A stretch of DNA of 64,000 nt from Thermoproteota archaeon (GCA_027491435.1 JAOZFG010000017.1:12487-76486), one strand, 5' to 3'. Counted from the stretch's first letter, positions 45,281 to 53,325 are shown. The notes: a model not told the origin generated them from the letters alone. Translations and numbers: made by a program.

Positions 45281-46254
45281 TAGCCCTGGGCATTGAGTCT
45301 ACCGCTCACACTTTCGGGGTTGGAATAGTGGATGAGGAGGGTAACATCCTAGCCAACGTTTACGACACTTACAGATCTGAGACTGGGGGGATGAGGCCCT
45401 TCGACGTAGCTGAACACCACTCCAAAGTCGCCGTTGAGGTGATAAGAGAAGCCTTGAGAGAGGCTGGAGTTACTTTGGACGAAATAAGCGTTATAGGGTT
45501 CTCTAGAGGCCCGGGAATAGGACAACCACTTCAAATAGGGGCTGTAGTAGCTAGATCTCTTGCTATAACAGCTAAAAAGCCGTTAGTAGGCGTTAATCAT
45601 CCCCTCGCCCACGTTGAGATAGGAAGGAAGGTAGCCAAGAGCTACGATCCAGTTGCTCTGTACGTTTCAGGAGGAAATACACAGGTTATAACCCACTCCG
45701 GAGATAGGTACGTAGTTTTAGGGGAGACTCTGGATATAGGGATAGGTAACGCTCAAGAGAAGCTCGGGAGGGAAGTAGGACTCCCCTTTCCAGCGGGCCC
45801 TCACTTAGATAGGATAAGGGGGAGCTGGGTTCCCTTGCCTTATGTAGTCAAGGGTATGGACCTCTCTTTTAGCGGGCTGGTCACCGAGGCGGTGAGGAGG
45901 ATAAAGAAAGGGGAAGGAGTAGAAGACGTGCTTTGGAGCTTTATGGAGGTGGCCTTCTCCATGTTAATAGAGGTAGCTGAGAGGGCCTTGGCCATGACTG
46001 ATAAGAAGGAACTTTTGCTGGTAGGAGGAGTAGCGGCCTCTCCTAGACTTAAGGAGAAGGCAGAGATCATGTGCAGGGAGAGGGGAGCTACTCTGAAGAC
46101 TGTACCTCCTAAACTAGCCAGGGACAACGGAGCTATGATAGCGTGGACCTCGATACTAGCTTATAAGGTATTCGGGGCTGATAGGCCGGAGCGCACCCAC
46201 GTGCTCCCGGACTGGAGGATAGACGACATAAGGTGGCCTCTATTGGAGGTGTAG
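45277..46254 (+). CDS. kae1: tRNA N6-adenosine threonylcarbamoyltransferase Kae1
   Basis: ALGIESTAHTFGVGIV start, HP.AH metal motif (VNHPLAHVE), LVGGVAA. TTG start overlaps the Sua5 stop. Confidence 0.9.
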   Translation: MIALGIESTAHTFGVGIVDEEGNILANVYDTYRSETGGMRPFDVAEHHSKVAVEVIREALREAGVTLDEISVIGFSRGPGIGQPLQIGAVVARSLAITAKKPLVGVNHPLAHVEIGRKVAKSYDPVALYVSGGNTQVITHSGDRYVVLGETLDIGIGNAQEKLGREVGLPFPAGPHLDRIRGSWVPLPYVVKGMDLSFSGLVTEAVRRIKKGEGVEDVLWSFMEVAFSMLIEVAERALAMTDKKELLLVGGVAASPRLKEKAEIMCRERGATLKTVPPKLARDNGAMIAWTSILAYKVFGADRPERTHVLPDWRIDDIRWPLLEV

Positions 46255-46256
46255 AG

Positions 46257-46832
46257 ATGAGAAAGTTCAACATATGTCTATCTGGACTTACTGGAAGCGG
46301 TAAGAGCACTTTAGCCAAGAGGTTGGCCCAGAAGTATAACCTAAGGAGGGTCTCCGGCGGGGACATATTGAAGCAATTGATAGGAGGGAAAGAGAGCTTA
46401 AGAGACCCGGGCTGGTGGGAGAGAGATACAGGAAAGGCGGCCATGGAAGTTAGAAAGAGGGATCACACGATAGACTTGGAGGTAGACAGGAGGCTCTCCA
46501 TGCTAGCTGAAGAGGGGGGATATGTGCTCGACTCGTGGACCATGGCCTACTTGCTCAAAGGCGATAAGTGTGTCAAAATATTCTTGAAGGCTGACATTGA
46601 GGTCAGAGCTAGGAGAGTATCTAGGAGAGATGGAATATCTTTTGAGGAAGCTCTGGAAAAAATAAGACAGAAAGATGAGGAAACCTACATGATATACAGG
46701 GAAATATACGGGTTCAGGTTAGGGGAAGATTTGACACCATTTCACCTGGTATTAGACACCTCTAAGCTGGGACAGGACGATGTGTTTGAAATAGTTACTA
46801 AATTTGTGGACGCCTGGTTGAGGAGGGCGTAA
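46257..46832 (+). CDS. cmk: P-loop NMP kinase, archaeal cytidylate kinase-like
   Basis: Segment I.LSGLTGSGKSTLAKRLA.KY.L..VS.GDI. About 190 aa. Clearly not a Bud32-type protein kinase. Confidence 0.65.
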   Translation: MRKFNICLSGLTGSGKSTLAKRLAQKYNLRRVSGGDILKQLIGGKESLRDPGWWERDTGKAAMEVRKRDHTIDLEVDRRLSMLAEEGGYVLDSWTMAYLLKGDKCVKIFLKADIEVRARRVSRRDGISFEEALEKIRQKDEETYMIYREIYGFRLGEDLTPFHLVLDTSKLGQDDVFEIVTKFVDAWLRRA

Positions 46833-46871
46833 TTTATTACCGGGAAAATTTCGATTAATAGTGAAGGGATC

Positions 46872-47744
46872 ATGACGTACCAAGACTTGCTAGATGAGGT
46901 AGAGACCCTCTGTTCAAAGGAGGGAATCGTAGGCAGAAGGGAGGAAATAGCTAAGATCCTGCTGGCAGCTAAGGCGGGGAAGCACGTGTTGCTTGAGGGA
47001 CCAGTAGGGGTTGGAAAGACGTTCCTAGCCAGGGCCGTCGCCAACTACTTGTCAAGGGATTTCATAAGGGTTGAGGGAGACGAGAGAATAACCGAAAATA
47101 AGTTAATAGGTTACTGGGATCCGCCGATGGTCTTAAAAAAAGGATACGTTGAGGAGGCCTTCGTGCCCGGCCCCCTGACCAGGGCTGCGCTATCCGGAGG
47201 GGTACTATTTATAAATGAACTTAACAGATTGCCCGAATCCGCACAAAATGCCTTACTTCCTGTAATGGACGAGGGGATAATTTACGTGCCTCATCTAGGC
47301 TCCTTAAGGGCCAGAGATGGGTTCTTAATAATAGCGACTCAAAACCCTGAGGAGAGCGTTGGGGTTACCAGGCTCTCAGAGGCCTTGAGGGACAGGTTCA
47401 TCTACATATCTCTAGGGTACCAACCAGCCGAGGAGGAGAAGGATATAGTCATGCAAAACGTGCCGATAAGCGAAGATGAGGCTTGGATAAGCGTTAAAAT
47501 TGTGAGAAAAACTAGAGAGCACCCTAGGATAAAGAGAGGAGCTTCTGTGAGAGCTTCTATCGACATAGCTCATCTGGCCAGATCCCTCGAAGGGGACCCG
47601 GATAGATGGCTTAAGTCATCTCTGATGGTCCTTCCTCAGAGAATTGAGCTTAAGGAAGGGCAGAGGGTTAGGGTAGAGCAAGTTATAGAGGAGATAGTCA
47701 GGGAAGTCCTTGAGGGGGAAAGCAGGGAAGAATTTTTTCGATAA
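46872..47744 (+). CDS. MoxR-like AAA+ ATPase
   Basis: Walker A LLEGPVGVGKT, Walker B LFINELNR, ATQNP sensor motif. Confidence 0.85.
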   Translation: MTYQDLLDEVETLCSKEGIVGRREEIAKILLAAKAGKHVLLEGPVGVGKTFLARAVANYLSRDFIRVEGDERITENKLIGYWDPPMVLKKGYVEEAFVPGPLTRAALSGGVLFINELNRLPESAQNALLPVMDEGIIYVPHLGSLRARDGFLIIATQNPEESVGVTRLSEALRDRFIYISLGYQPAEEEKDIVMQNVPISEDEAWISVKIVRKTREHPRIKRGASVRASIDIAHLARSLEGDPDRWLKSSLMVLPQRIELKEGQRVRVEQVIEEIVREVLEGESREEFFR

Positions 47745-48744
47745 ATGGGAAGATATCCAGGCGCCTGACTTAATCCCCGCACTTTTTTGGAAGGATCTTG
47801 AGAAAATGGATTACGAGAAGCTTAAAAAGGTGGTCATCAGGGCGCTAAGCCTCTCTAACACTAAGCTGTTGGTCAAGATAGCGGAGATAAATCATGTGGT
47901 GGTGGCTAGGGCCCTCTCAGAGAGCCTGCATGAGAACTTGCTTGACTCCATCGTAGAGAGGGATCCAGAGTCCTCAATCAGGCTGTATAGGTTAGTCAGG
48001 TGGAAGTTAAATGAGAGAGCCAGGGCATTGTTCAGGAGCTTGCTAAGTAAGGTCATATTAAGGCGCTCGAGGGTATCGATGAACCTCTTTGAGGGCAATG
48101 GGAGGGGCAGATACTACGGCAGGTATGAAGCAGGGGACGACTTCGAGGTCGAGCTCACCATAGAGAGGTTGATCTCCTCGGGAAAGCCGATAGATCACGT
48201 GAGCTACGATGACGTGGTGGCCATAAAAAGGGGGAAGAGGAGGGGCGGGCTAGTGATAATATTGGATGCCAGCGGCTCCATGTCAGGCAGCAAGATCCTT
48301 AGGGCTGCGACGACTGCCGCAATAGCCTCGCACTTTGTAGATAAGAGGGAGTTATCTGTGATAGGGTTCAACAATAAGGCATTTTTCATAAAGTCCATTA
48401 ATGATAAGAAGAGCATCAAGAAGGTTGTGGAGGAGATACTGGATATAGTTCCCCTGGGCTATACCAACATGTACGACGCCCTCAGGCTGGCGTTAGAGGA
48501 GGGTAGGAGGATGAAAAACCCATCTTACATACTGTTAACTGATGGAGAGTACAACGTCGGCGGGGATCCCTATGCTCTGGCTGAGAAGATTAGGCTTAAC
48601 GTCATCTATTTATCGGATAACAGGAAGAGGGGCAGCAAGACATGTAAAGAATTAGCTGAAGCCGGCGGCGGCAGGTATTACGAGGTGAGAGATGTGAGGA
48701 GGATTCCTCACATACTGACGGAACTTCTATCGTATGAATATTGA
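47710..48744 (+). CDS. von Willebrand factor A (VWA) domain protein, MoxR partner
   Basis: MIDAS motif ILDASGSMSG followed by ..T.. and LLTDGE. The exact start is uncertain. Confidence 0.75.
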   Translation: MRGKAGKNFFDKWEDIQAPDLIPALFWKDLEKMDYEKLKKVVIRALSLSNTKLLVKIAEINHVVVARALSESLHENLLDSIVERDPESSIRLYRLVRWKLNERARALFRSLLSKVILRRSRVSMNLFEGNGRGRYYGRYEAGDDFEVELTIERLISSGKPIDHVSYDDVVAIKRGKRRGGLVIILDASGSMSGSKILRAATTAAIASHFVDKRELSVIGFNNKAFFIKSINDKKSIKKVVEEILDIVPLGYTNMYDALRLALEEGRRMKNPSYILLTDGEYNVGGDPYALAEKIRLNVIYLSDNRKRGSKTCKELAEAGGGRYYEVRDVRRIPHILTELLSYEY

Positions 48745-48766
48745 GGAAGGCGTCGACACGTGGCCT

Positions 48767-48786
48767 CTTATAAAAGTTTATATGGA
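48767..48786 (+). promoter_or_regulatory. TATA-like promoter region for tRNA-Leu(UAG)
   Basis: CTTATAAAAGTTTATATGG. The second A/T box is centred about 27 nt upstream of the tRNA 5' end. Confidence 0.5.
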
Positions 48787-48808
48787 CGAAACCATCACAG
48801 ACACAAGG

Positions 48809-48895
48809 GCGGGGGTGGCCGAGATAGGCCTAAGGCGCCAGCCTTAGGAGCTGGTGGGCGTAAGGCCCGCGAGGGTTCAAATCCCTCCCCCCGCA
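48809..48895 (+). tRNA. tRNA-Leu (anticodon UAG), long variable arm; CCA encoded at 48896-48898
   Basis: Acceptor GCGGGGG/CCCCCGC, anticodon stem CCAGC/GCTGG, loop CUUAGGA, T arm GAGGG-TTCAAAT-CCCTC. Confidence 0.9.
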
Positions 48896-48947
48896 CCAAA
48901 AACTGGTTGTCTAATTTTCTCTGGATGTTTTAAGAAAATCTGGATGG

Positions 48948-49021
48948 TGCGGCCGCCGGGATTTGAACCCGGGTCGCCGGCTTGGGGGGCCGGCATCCTG
49001 TCCAGGCTAGACCACGGCCGC
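48948..49021 (-). tRNA. tRNA-Gly (anticodon CCC); CCA encoded; anticodon loop reads CCCCCAA (C at position 33)
   Basis: Acceptor GCGGCCG/CGGCCGC, anticodon stem CCGGC/GCCGG, T arm CCGGG-TTCAAAT-CCCGG. Confidence 0.8.
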
Positions 49022-49029
49022 TAAGGTGG

Positions 49030-49104
49030 CGGGCCCGGGGGGACTCGAACCCCCGACCTGCGGCTTAGGAGGCCGCCGCTCTATCCTTGCTGAGCTACGG
49101 GCCC
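49030..49104 (-). tRNA. tRNA-Arg (anticodon CCU); CCA encoded
   Basis: Acceptor GGGCCCG/CGGGCCC, anticodon stem GCGGC/GCCGC, loop CUCCUAA, T arm GGGGG-TTCGAGT-CCCCC. Its encoded CCA ends 5 nt upstream of tRNA-Gly. Confidence 0.9.
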
Positions 49105-49125
49105 AGTAAGATAGGTAGACCAGGG

Positions 49126-49135
49126 ATTTTAAAAG
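49126..49135 (-). promoter_or_regulatory. TATA-like box for the tRNA-Arg/tRNA-Gly unit
   Basis: Minus strand reads CTTTTAAAAT, centred about 26 nt upstream of the tRNA-Arg 5' end (49104). Confidence 0.55.
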
Positions 49136-49287
49136 TTTAGGGTCTGCATATCAGTAACACATATAAAGTAAATAGGAGTTATACGGGTAAATTATTCACT
49201 TGACATTTCTATAGTTCTAATTAACACGAGTTAAGGCTTTATTTGGTTTTATTCCTTTGGTCAGAATGTAAGAAGGGGTCCAGAACG

Positions 49288-49296
49288 CTTATATCC
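49288..49296 (+). promoter_or_regulatory. TATA-like box for tRNA-Cys
   Basis: CTTATATCC, centred about 27 nt upstream of 49320. Confidence 0.5.
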
Positions 49297-49319
49297 TTCG
49301 TTGGGGTAATATACATGCG

Positions 49320-49391
49320 GCCGGGTTGGCCGAGTGGTTTAGGCAGCGGGCTGCAGACCCGTGGACGGGGGTTCGAATCCCCCACCCGGCT
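49320..49391 (+). tRNA. tRNA-Cys (anticodon GCA); CCA not encoded
   Basis: Acceptor GCCGGGT/ACCCGGC with discriminator U. Anticodon loop CUGCAGA. T arm GGGGG-TTCGAAT-CCCCC. Confidence 0.85.
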
Positions 49392-50618
49392 CTACTTTAG
49401 CCTAAACCTCCCCTTTATAACCCCTGCCCTTCTTCTCTCATCTTCTGTGGCGTAAAAAGCCCTCTCTAACAGGAGCTCTTCGATGGGATCGGGTTCGACG
49501 CCCCTTCTAGGGCACATCCTCCTATAAGTCCTTATGACTGAGTCTATCTCCAGCTCGTACATGCCGACCCCTAGGGTCTTAGCGTATATGGTAAAGGGAG
49601 GTACGTCCTCAAAGGCAGTTCCGTGTAGGTGGGCTGCGATCCCCAAGGATACTCCGGCATAAGTCTTGGAGCCTATCGATAGCTTAGAGTGATCGCCTAT
49701 GAAGGCCCCTACTTTGTTAAGGCCTGTGTCCGTCCCTCTGACCTTTACGTTGCCGTACGTGTTTTTCAAGTTGGAGGTTATCATGCCGGCCCCTATGTTG
49801 ACCCACCTCCCAACGTAGCTGTGACCTAAGAAGCCGAAGTGATACTTGTTTGAGTACTCCATTATTATGGACGTGGATATCTCGCCGCCCGCTCTAACAG
49901 CCCTTCCTATATATGATCCTCCTATCCTAGCTCCAGACACTATTAAAGCTCCTTCCTCTATGTAAAGAGGACCTTTCAGGTAAGAGAAGGGCTCTATGGT
50001 TACCTTAGGACCGATGTAGACAGGACCTTCCCTAGCATCCACTACGGAAGGCCCGATCACCTGAATGTCCTCTGATATACAAGCGTTGCCCCTGTCCCCA
50101 ACTATTTGGAGGCCAACGTCCTTCCAATCGCACTTAGGTATGTCCCGCCTAAGCTCCTTTATTAGGGATAGGGGGGAGAGATCCCACAAGTTTTCCACTA
50201 AGGGCAATCCCTCTACCCTCTCGACCTGTAACTTAGAAGCCCATTGCCCGCTCATCACAGCTTCAAGCTCTTTAGGTGAGACTAAAGCGGCGATAAGGGT
50301 TTTTCCCTGGACCAGGGCCTTGCCTAAGGGGAGGCTTTTTATACGCTTGTACAAGTTGGGTTCGGGTATCACCCTGGCGTTTATTAGCAGCAGGGGTTCA
50401 TCATCTGTGGGGCGTCTGTCCTCGCTCACCCTCTCCTTGACCTCCTCTCTAACCAACCAGAAAGTCTTTTCGCCCAGTGCCTCCTCATGTTTCGAGAAAA
50501 TCCTCTTGGAGCCGTAAACGAGTAATTGAACTGGCAATAACGTTGTTAGAGGTCTCAACCTCAGGGAAGCTTCGTCCTCGAAGAGAGTAGGTTGGACCAT
50601 CTCTCCTCCTTGACCCAT
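49392..50618 (-). CDS. Left-handed beta-helix (hexapeptide repeat) sugar nucleotidyl-/acetyltransferase-like protein ('alternative GlmU'-like family)
   Basis: N-terminus LFED...L.PLT; C-terminal imperfect hexapeptide repeats (IG..V.I.P, IG.GA.I..., VG.FIGDHSKLSIGS). The family assignment is from memory. Confidence 0.6.
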   Translation of the reverse strand: MGQGGEMVQPTLFEDEASLRLRPLTTLLPVQLLVYGSKRIFSKHEEALGEKTFWLVREEVKERVSEDRRPTDDEPLLLINARVIPEPNLYKRIKSLPLGKALVQGKTLIAALVSPKELEAVMSGQWASKLQVERVEGLPLVENLWDLSPLSLIKELRRDIPKCDWKDVGLQIVGDRGNACISEDIQVIGPSVVDAREGPVYIGPKVTIEPFSYLKGPLYIEEGALIVSGARIGGSYIGRAVRAGGEISTSIIMEYSNKYHFGFLGHSYVGRWVNIGAGMITSNLKNTYGNVKVRGTDTGLNKVGAFIGDHSKLSIGSKTYAGVSLGIAAHLHGTAFEDVPPFTIYAKTLGVGMYELEIDSVIRTYRRMCPRRGVEPDPIEELLLERAFYATEDERRRAGVIKGRFRLK

Positions 50619-50672
50619 AACGTCGACACTTTATAAGCCGGCCTAGCCCACTATTTCGAAAGGGGTGAAAAA

Positions 50673-51914
50673 TTGTCAACTACGTACGAGCTCTATGAGT
50701 TCAGGAAGTTAATTAAGGAGCTTAAAAATAAGAGGGGTAGGGGTACTGAATTAATATCGTTGTACATACCACCCGGAAGAAATGTTTATGATGTTATCAA
50801 GTACCTGAGGAACGAGTACGACCAAGCGAGCAACATAAAAGATAAGCTCACCAGGAAGAATGTACAGAGCGCCATAGAAAGCATAATACAAAGGTTGAAA
50901 CTCTACAAGAAGATCCCAGAGAATGGACTAGTGATATTCTGTGGTGCCATACCTAGGGGAAAGGATAGGGGGACTGAGAAGCTGGAGATATACGTAATAG
51001 AACCCCCTGAGCCGGTAAGGTCCTTCACTTACCTGTGCAGTCATGAGTTTCACTTGGAGCCCCTAGAGGAGATGGCTAAGGAAAAGAAAGCTTATGGGCT
51101 GATAGTCATGGACAGAGGAGGGGCTGTGCTAGCCATACTCAGAGGAGCTAACTACAGGATTGTGGACGAGGTAACTTCTGACATCCCACCAAAGCACAGC
51201 GCTGGAGGGCAATCTCAGAGGAGGTTCGAGAGGATAAGGGAGGAGAGGGTTCATGACTTCTTTAAGAGAGTTGGCATGAGGGCCAATCAAGCCTTCCTAC
51301 CCTTGGGAGATGACTTAGAAGGCATCATAATAGGCGGGCCAGGGGACGCCAGGGAAAAGTTCGAGGAGGGTAACTTCTTGGATTACAGGCTTCAAAAGAA
51401 GATAATAGCCAACTTACCGCTATCATACACTGAGGAGCAAGGGGTTAGAGAGCTCATCATGAAAGCTGAGGACGTTCTCTCAGAGTCAGCCCTTTATAAG
51501 GAGAAGAGGGCTGTCGACGAGATATTCACTTTAATAGCTAAAGGGTCTAACAGAGTCGTGTATGGGCTTAGAGAGGTGGAAGAGGCACTTCTAGCTGGGG
51601 CTGTCGAGAAATTACTCTTATTGGAGGATTTACAGGTAAAGAGAGTCACTATAAGGTGTACTCAGTGCAAGTACGAGGAGAGCAAGTTCGTGAGGCCAGA
51701 GAAGGGGCTGAAGTTGGAGTCCTGGGAGTGTCCTAGGTGTGGTTCAACTACTGCCGAGGTGGAGGAGCAGGATATAATAGAATATTTTGGCGAGTTAGGG
51801 AAGCAGACAGGCGCTGAGGTCATTATAATATCTGCGAATACCGAGTGGGGCAATCAGCTGAAGGCCATAGGAGGTATAGCCGCCGTGCTGAGGTACGAAC
51901 TGCACGGCTACTGA
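50673..51914 (+). CDS. prf1: Peptide chain release factor aRF1
   Basis: NIKD (NIKS-type) motif, GGQ motif (HSAGGQSQRRFERIRE), and a C-domain CxxC..CxxC insert. TTG start. Confidence 0.95.
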   Translation: MSTTYELYEFRKLIKELKNKRGRGTELISLYIPPGRNVYDVIKYLRNEYDQASNIKDKLTRKNVQSAIESIIQRLKLYKKIPENGLVIFCGAIPRGKDRGTEKLEIYVIEPPEPVRSFTYLCSHEFHLEPLEEMAKEKKAYGLIVMDRGGAVLAILRGANYRIVDEVTSDIPPKHSAGGQSQRRFERIREERVHDFFKRVGMRANQAFLPLGDDLEGIIIGGPGDAREKFEEGNFLDYRLQKKIIANLPLSYTEEQGVRELIMKAEDVLSESALYKEKRAVDEIFTLIAKGSNRVVYGLREVEEALLAGAVEKLLLLEDLQVKRVTIRCTQCKYEESKFVRPEKGLKLESWECPRCGSTTAEVEEQDIIEYFGELGKQTGAEVIIISANTEWGNQLKAIGGIAAVLRYELHGY

Positions 51915-51921
51915 GAGGAAA

Positions 51922-51931
51922 CTTTTATTAT
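51922..51931 (+). promoter_or_regulatory. TATA-like box for the tRNA-Ala/tRNA-Ile (and downstream) unit
   Basis: CTTTTATTAT, centred about 26 nt upstream of 51953. Confidence 0.55.
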
Positions 51932-51952
51932 GGCATGGCCCAACTATAAACT

Positions 51953-52026
51953 AGGCCGGTGGCGCAGGCTGGTAGCGCGCCGCCTTCGCAAGGCGGAGGT
52001 CGGGGGTTCAAGTCCCCCCCGGTCCA
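51953..52026 (+). tRNA. tRNA-Ala (anticodon CGC) with the G3:U70 identity pair; position 1 is A opposite C72
   Basis: Acceptor AGGCCGG/CCGGTCC, D stem GCGC/GCGC, anticodon stem CCGCC/GGCGG, loop UUCGCAA, T arm GGGGG-TTCAAGT-CCCCC. Confidence 0.85.
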
Positions 52027-52029
52027 CTT

Positions 52030-52104
52030 GGGCCCGTGGCTCAGACTGGTAAGAGCGCCCGGCTGATAACCGGGAGGTCGGGGGTTCAAGTCCCCCCGGG
52101 CCCA
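52030..52104 (+). tRNA. tRNA-Ile (anticodon GAU)
   Basis: Acceptor GGGCCCG/CGGGCCC, anticodon stem CCCGG/CCGGG, loop CUGAUAA, T arm identical to the preceding tRNA-Ala. Spacer to tRNA-Ala is 3 nt. Confidence 0.9.
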
Positions 52105-52109
52105 TTAAG

Positions 52110-52520
52110 GTGATCAGGTTGAGGATTAAGCGGATTATACTGGACACCTCATTCCTCCTGGCATTAGCTCAGATGAAGGGCGTCAGCCTACATCAAATAA
52201 AGGAGAGATTTCCTAGAGCTGAAATTATAACGGTATCTCAGGTCTTAGAAGAATTAAGAAAGCTTGAGGGGAAGAGATTTGGAACCGGCGTCGCCAGGGA
52301 AGTGCTCAGGGGAGTAAAGGTTATCCACGTTGAAGGATATGACAGCGCGGACGACGCCGTCCTGAGCCTGTCTGAAGGTTTAAAGGAAGTGGCCGTCGTC
52401 ACCTTTGACCTAGGCCTTAGGAAGAGGCTAGTTGAGCGAGGAATACCCGTAATCTACCTGAGGTCTAGGAAAAAGTTATTAATAGATCATCCAGCTGGTT
52501 CCTACGAGGAGCCCCTCTGA
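52110..52520 (+). CDS. PIN-domain protein (Fcf1/Utp24-like putative RNase)
   Basis: First acidic PIN motif ILDTSFLL near the N-terminus; later acidic residues (SADDAV, TFD). Conserved position upstream of rpoE. GTG start 5 nt after tRNA-Ile. Confidence 0.7.
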   Translation: MIRLRIKRIILDTSFLLALAQMKGVSLHQIKERFPRAEIITVSQVLEELRKLEGKRFGTGVAREVLRGVKVIHVEGYDSADDAVLSLSEGLKEVAVVTFDLGLRKRLVERGIPVIYLRSRKKLLIDHPAGSYEEPL

Positions 52521-52548
52521 ATCCGGAATCGGACTAGGTGATAGGTGA

Positions 52549-53118
52549 ATGTTTTACATCGCAGAGATGAGCGATATAGGTTATATAAGGCCCCTTGACT
52601 TGAAGGGGGATGTGAAAGAGATACTCAGGCGGCAGTTTAGCGGCAAGTATGTTGGTAAATACATTGAAGACTTAGGCTTGGTACTCGATGTATTGGAAGT
52701 AACTAGTGTTGGATTGGGAAAATCTTTCATTGGAAGTCCCCATATATACCTAAAAGCTGGCTTCAAAGTATTAACGTATATGCCAATCAGAGACGAAATT
52801 ATCGAAGGTGAAGTGGAAAATATAGTTGATTATGGAATGTTTGTATCGATCGGTCCGATAAACGGGTTCGTCCACATCTCCCAGTTAGGAAACGACGTGT
52901 TCATACATAGAGGGGGAATCCTTCAAGGTAAGAAGAAGAAAGTTAAGTTCTCAATAGGTGATGTGGTGAGAGCCAAGGTCACAGCTGTGAGTAAGCCCAA
53001 CTTGGCAGCCGCCCTTAGGGGAGAGCCAATAGTTAGAGTTTCTTTAACCATGAGACAGCCCGGCCTAGGTAAGCTTGTAGAGGAAGGTGAAAAGGTTGCC
53101 AAAGTACAAAGCGTGTAG
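52549..53118 (+). CDS. rpoE: DNA-directed RNA polymerase subunit E (Rpo7)
   Basis: Rpb7-like N-domain plus an S1 domain (G.V..IVDYGMFV.IGP..GFVHISQ). Confidence 0.85.
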   Translation: MFYIAEMSDIGYIRPLDLKGDVKEILRRQFSGKYVGKYIEDLGLVLDVLEVTSVGLGKSFIGSPHIYLKAGFKVLTYMPIRDEIIEGEVENIVDYGMFVSIGPINGFVHISQLGNDVFIHRGGILQGKKKKVKFSIGDVVRAKVTAVSKPNLAAALRGEPIVRVSLTMRQPGLGKLVEEGEKVAKVQSV

Positions 53119-53284
53119 GATCTGTAAGGCCTTGACAACCGAGGACAGGTGTCCCATTTGTGGGTCTACCGATCTAACTTACAATTGGGAGGGAATAATA
53201 GCTGTAATTGACCCGCTAAGGTCCAAGCTAGCCCAGTCTTTGGGTTACAAGAAACAGGGGATATACGCCCTGAGGGTGAGATAG
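53087..53284 (+). CDS. spt4: Transcription elongation factor Spt4 (RpoE'')
   Basis: Zinc ribbon ACRICKALTTEDRCPICGS followed by W.G.I.V.DP..S..A. Overlaps the rpoE 3' end. GTG or TTG start. Confidence 0.85.
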   Translation: MKRLPKYKACRICKALTTEDRCPICGSTDLTYNWEGIIAVIDPLRSKLAQSLGYKKQGIYALRVR

Positions 53285-53325
53285 ATCTTTAAATATGTTA
53301 GGGATCGCCTGATGTGTTGGGAGGA

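Noticed and set aside
48745-49400. An integrated mobile element or att site at the tRNA hub.
   Set aside because: There is no integrase or transposase ORF, no partial tRNA duplication and no flanking direct repeats. The flanking genes are housekeeping.
49243-49455. A 70-aa ORF across the tRNA-Cys gene. Similar ORFs cross tRNA genes at 30910-31092, 51944-52147, 59495-59770 and 59741-59968.
   Set aside because: They run through well-folded tRNA genes. The Gly/Pro/Arg-rich translations are artefacts of GC-rich tRNA stems.
51650-51770. A CxxC...CxxC zinc-ribbon insert in the aRF1 C-domain as a possible novelty.
   Set aside because: As far as I recall, a Cys4 mini-domain at this position is common in archaeal aRF1 proteins, so it is not unusual.
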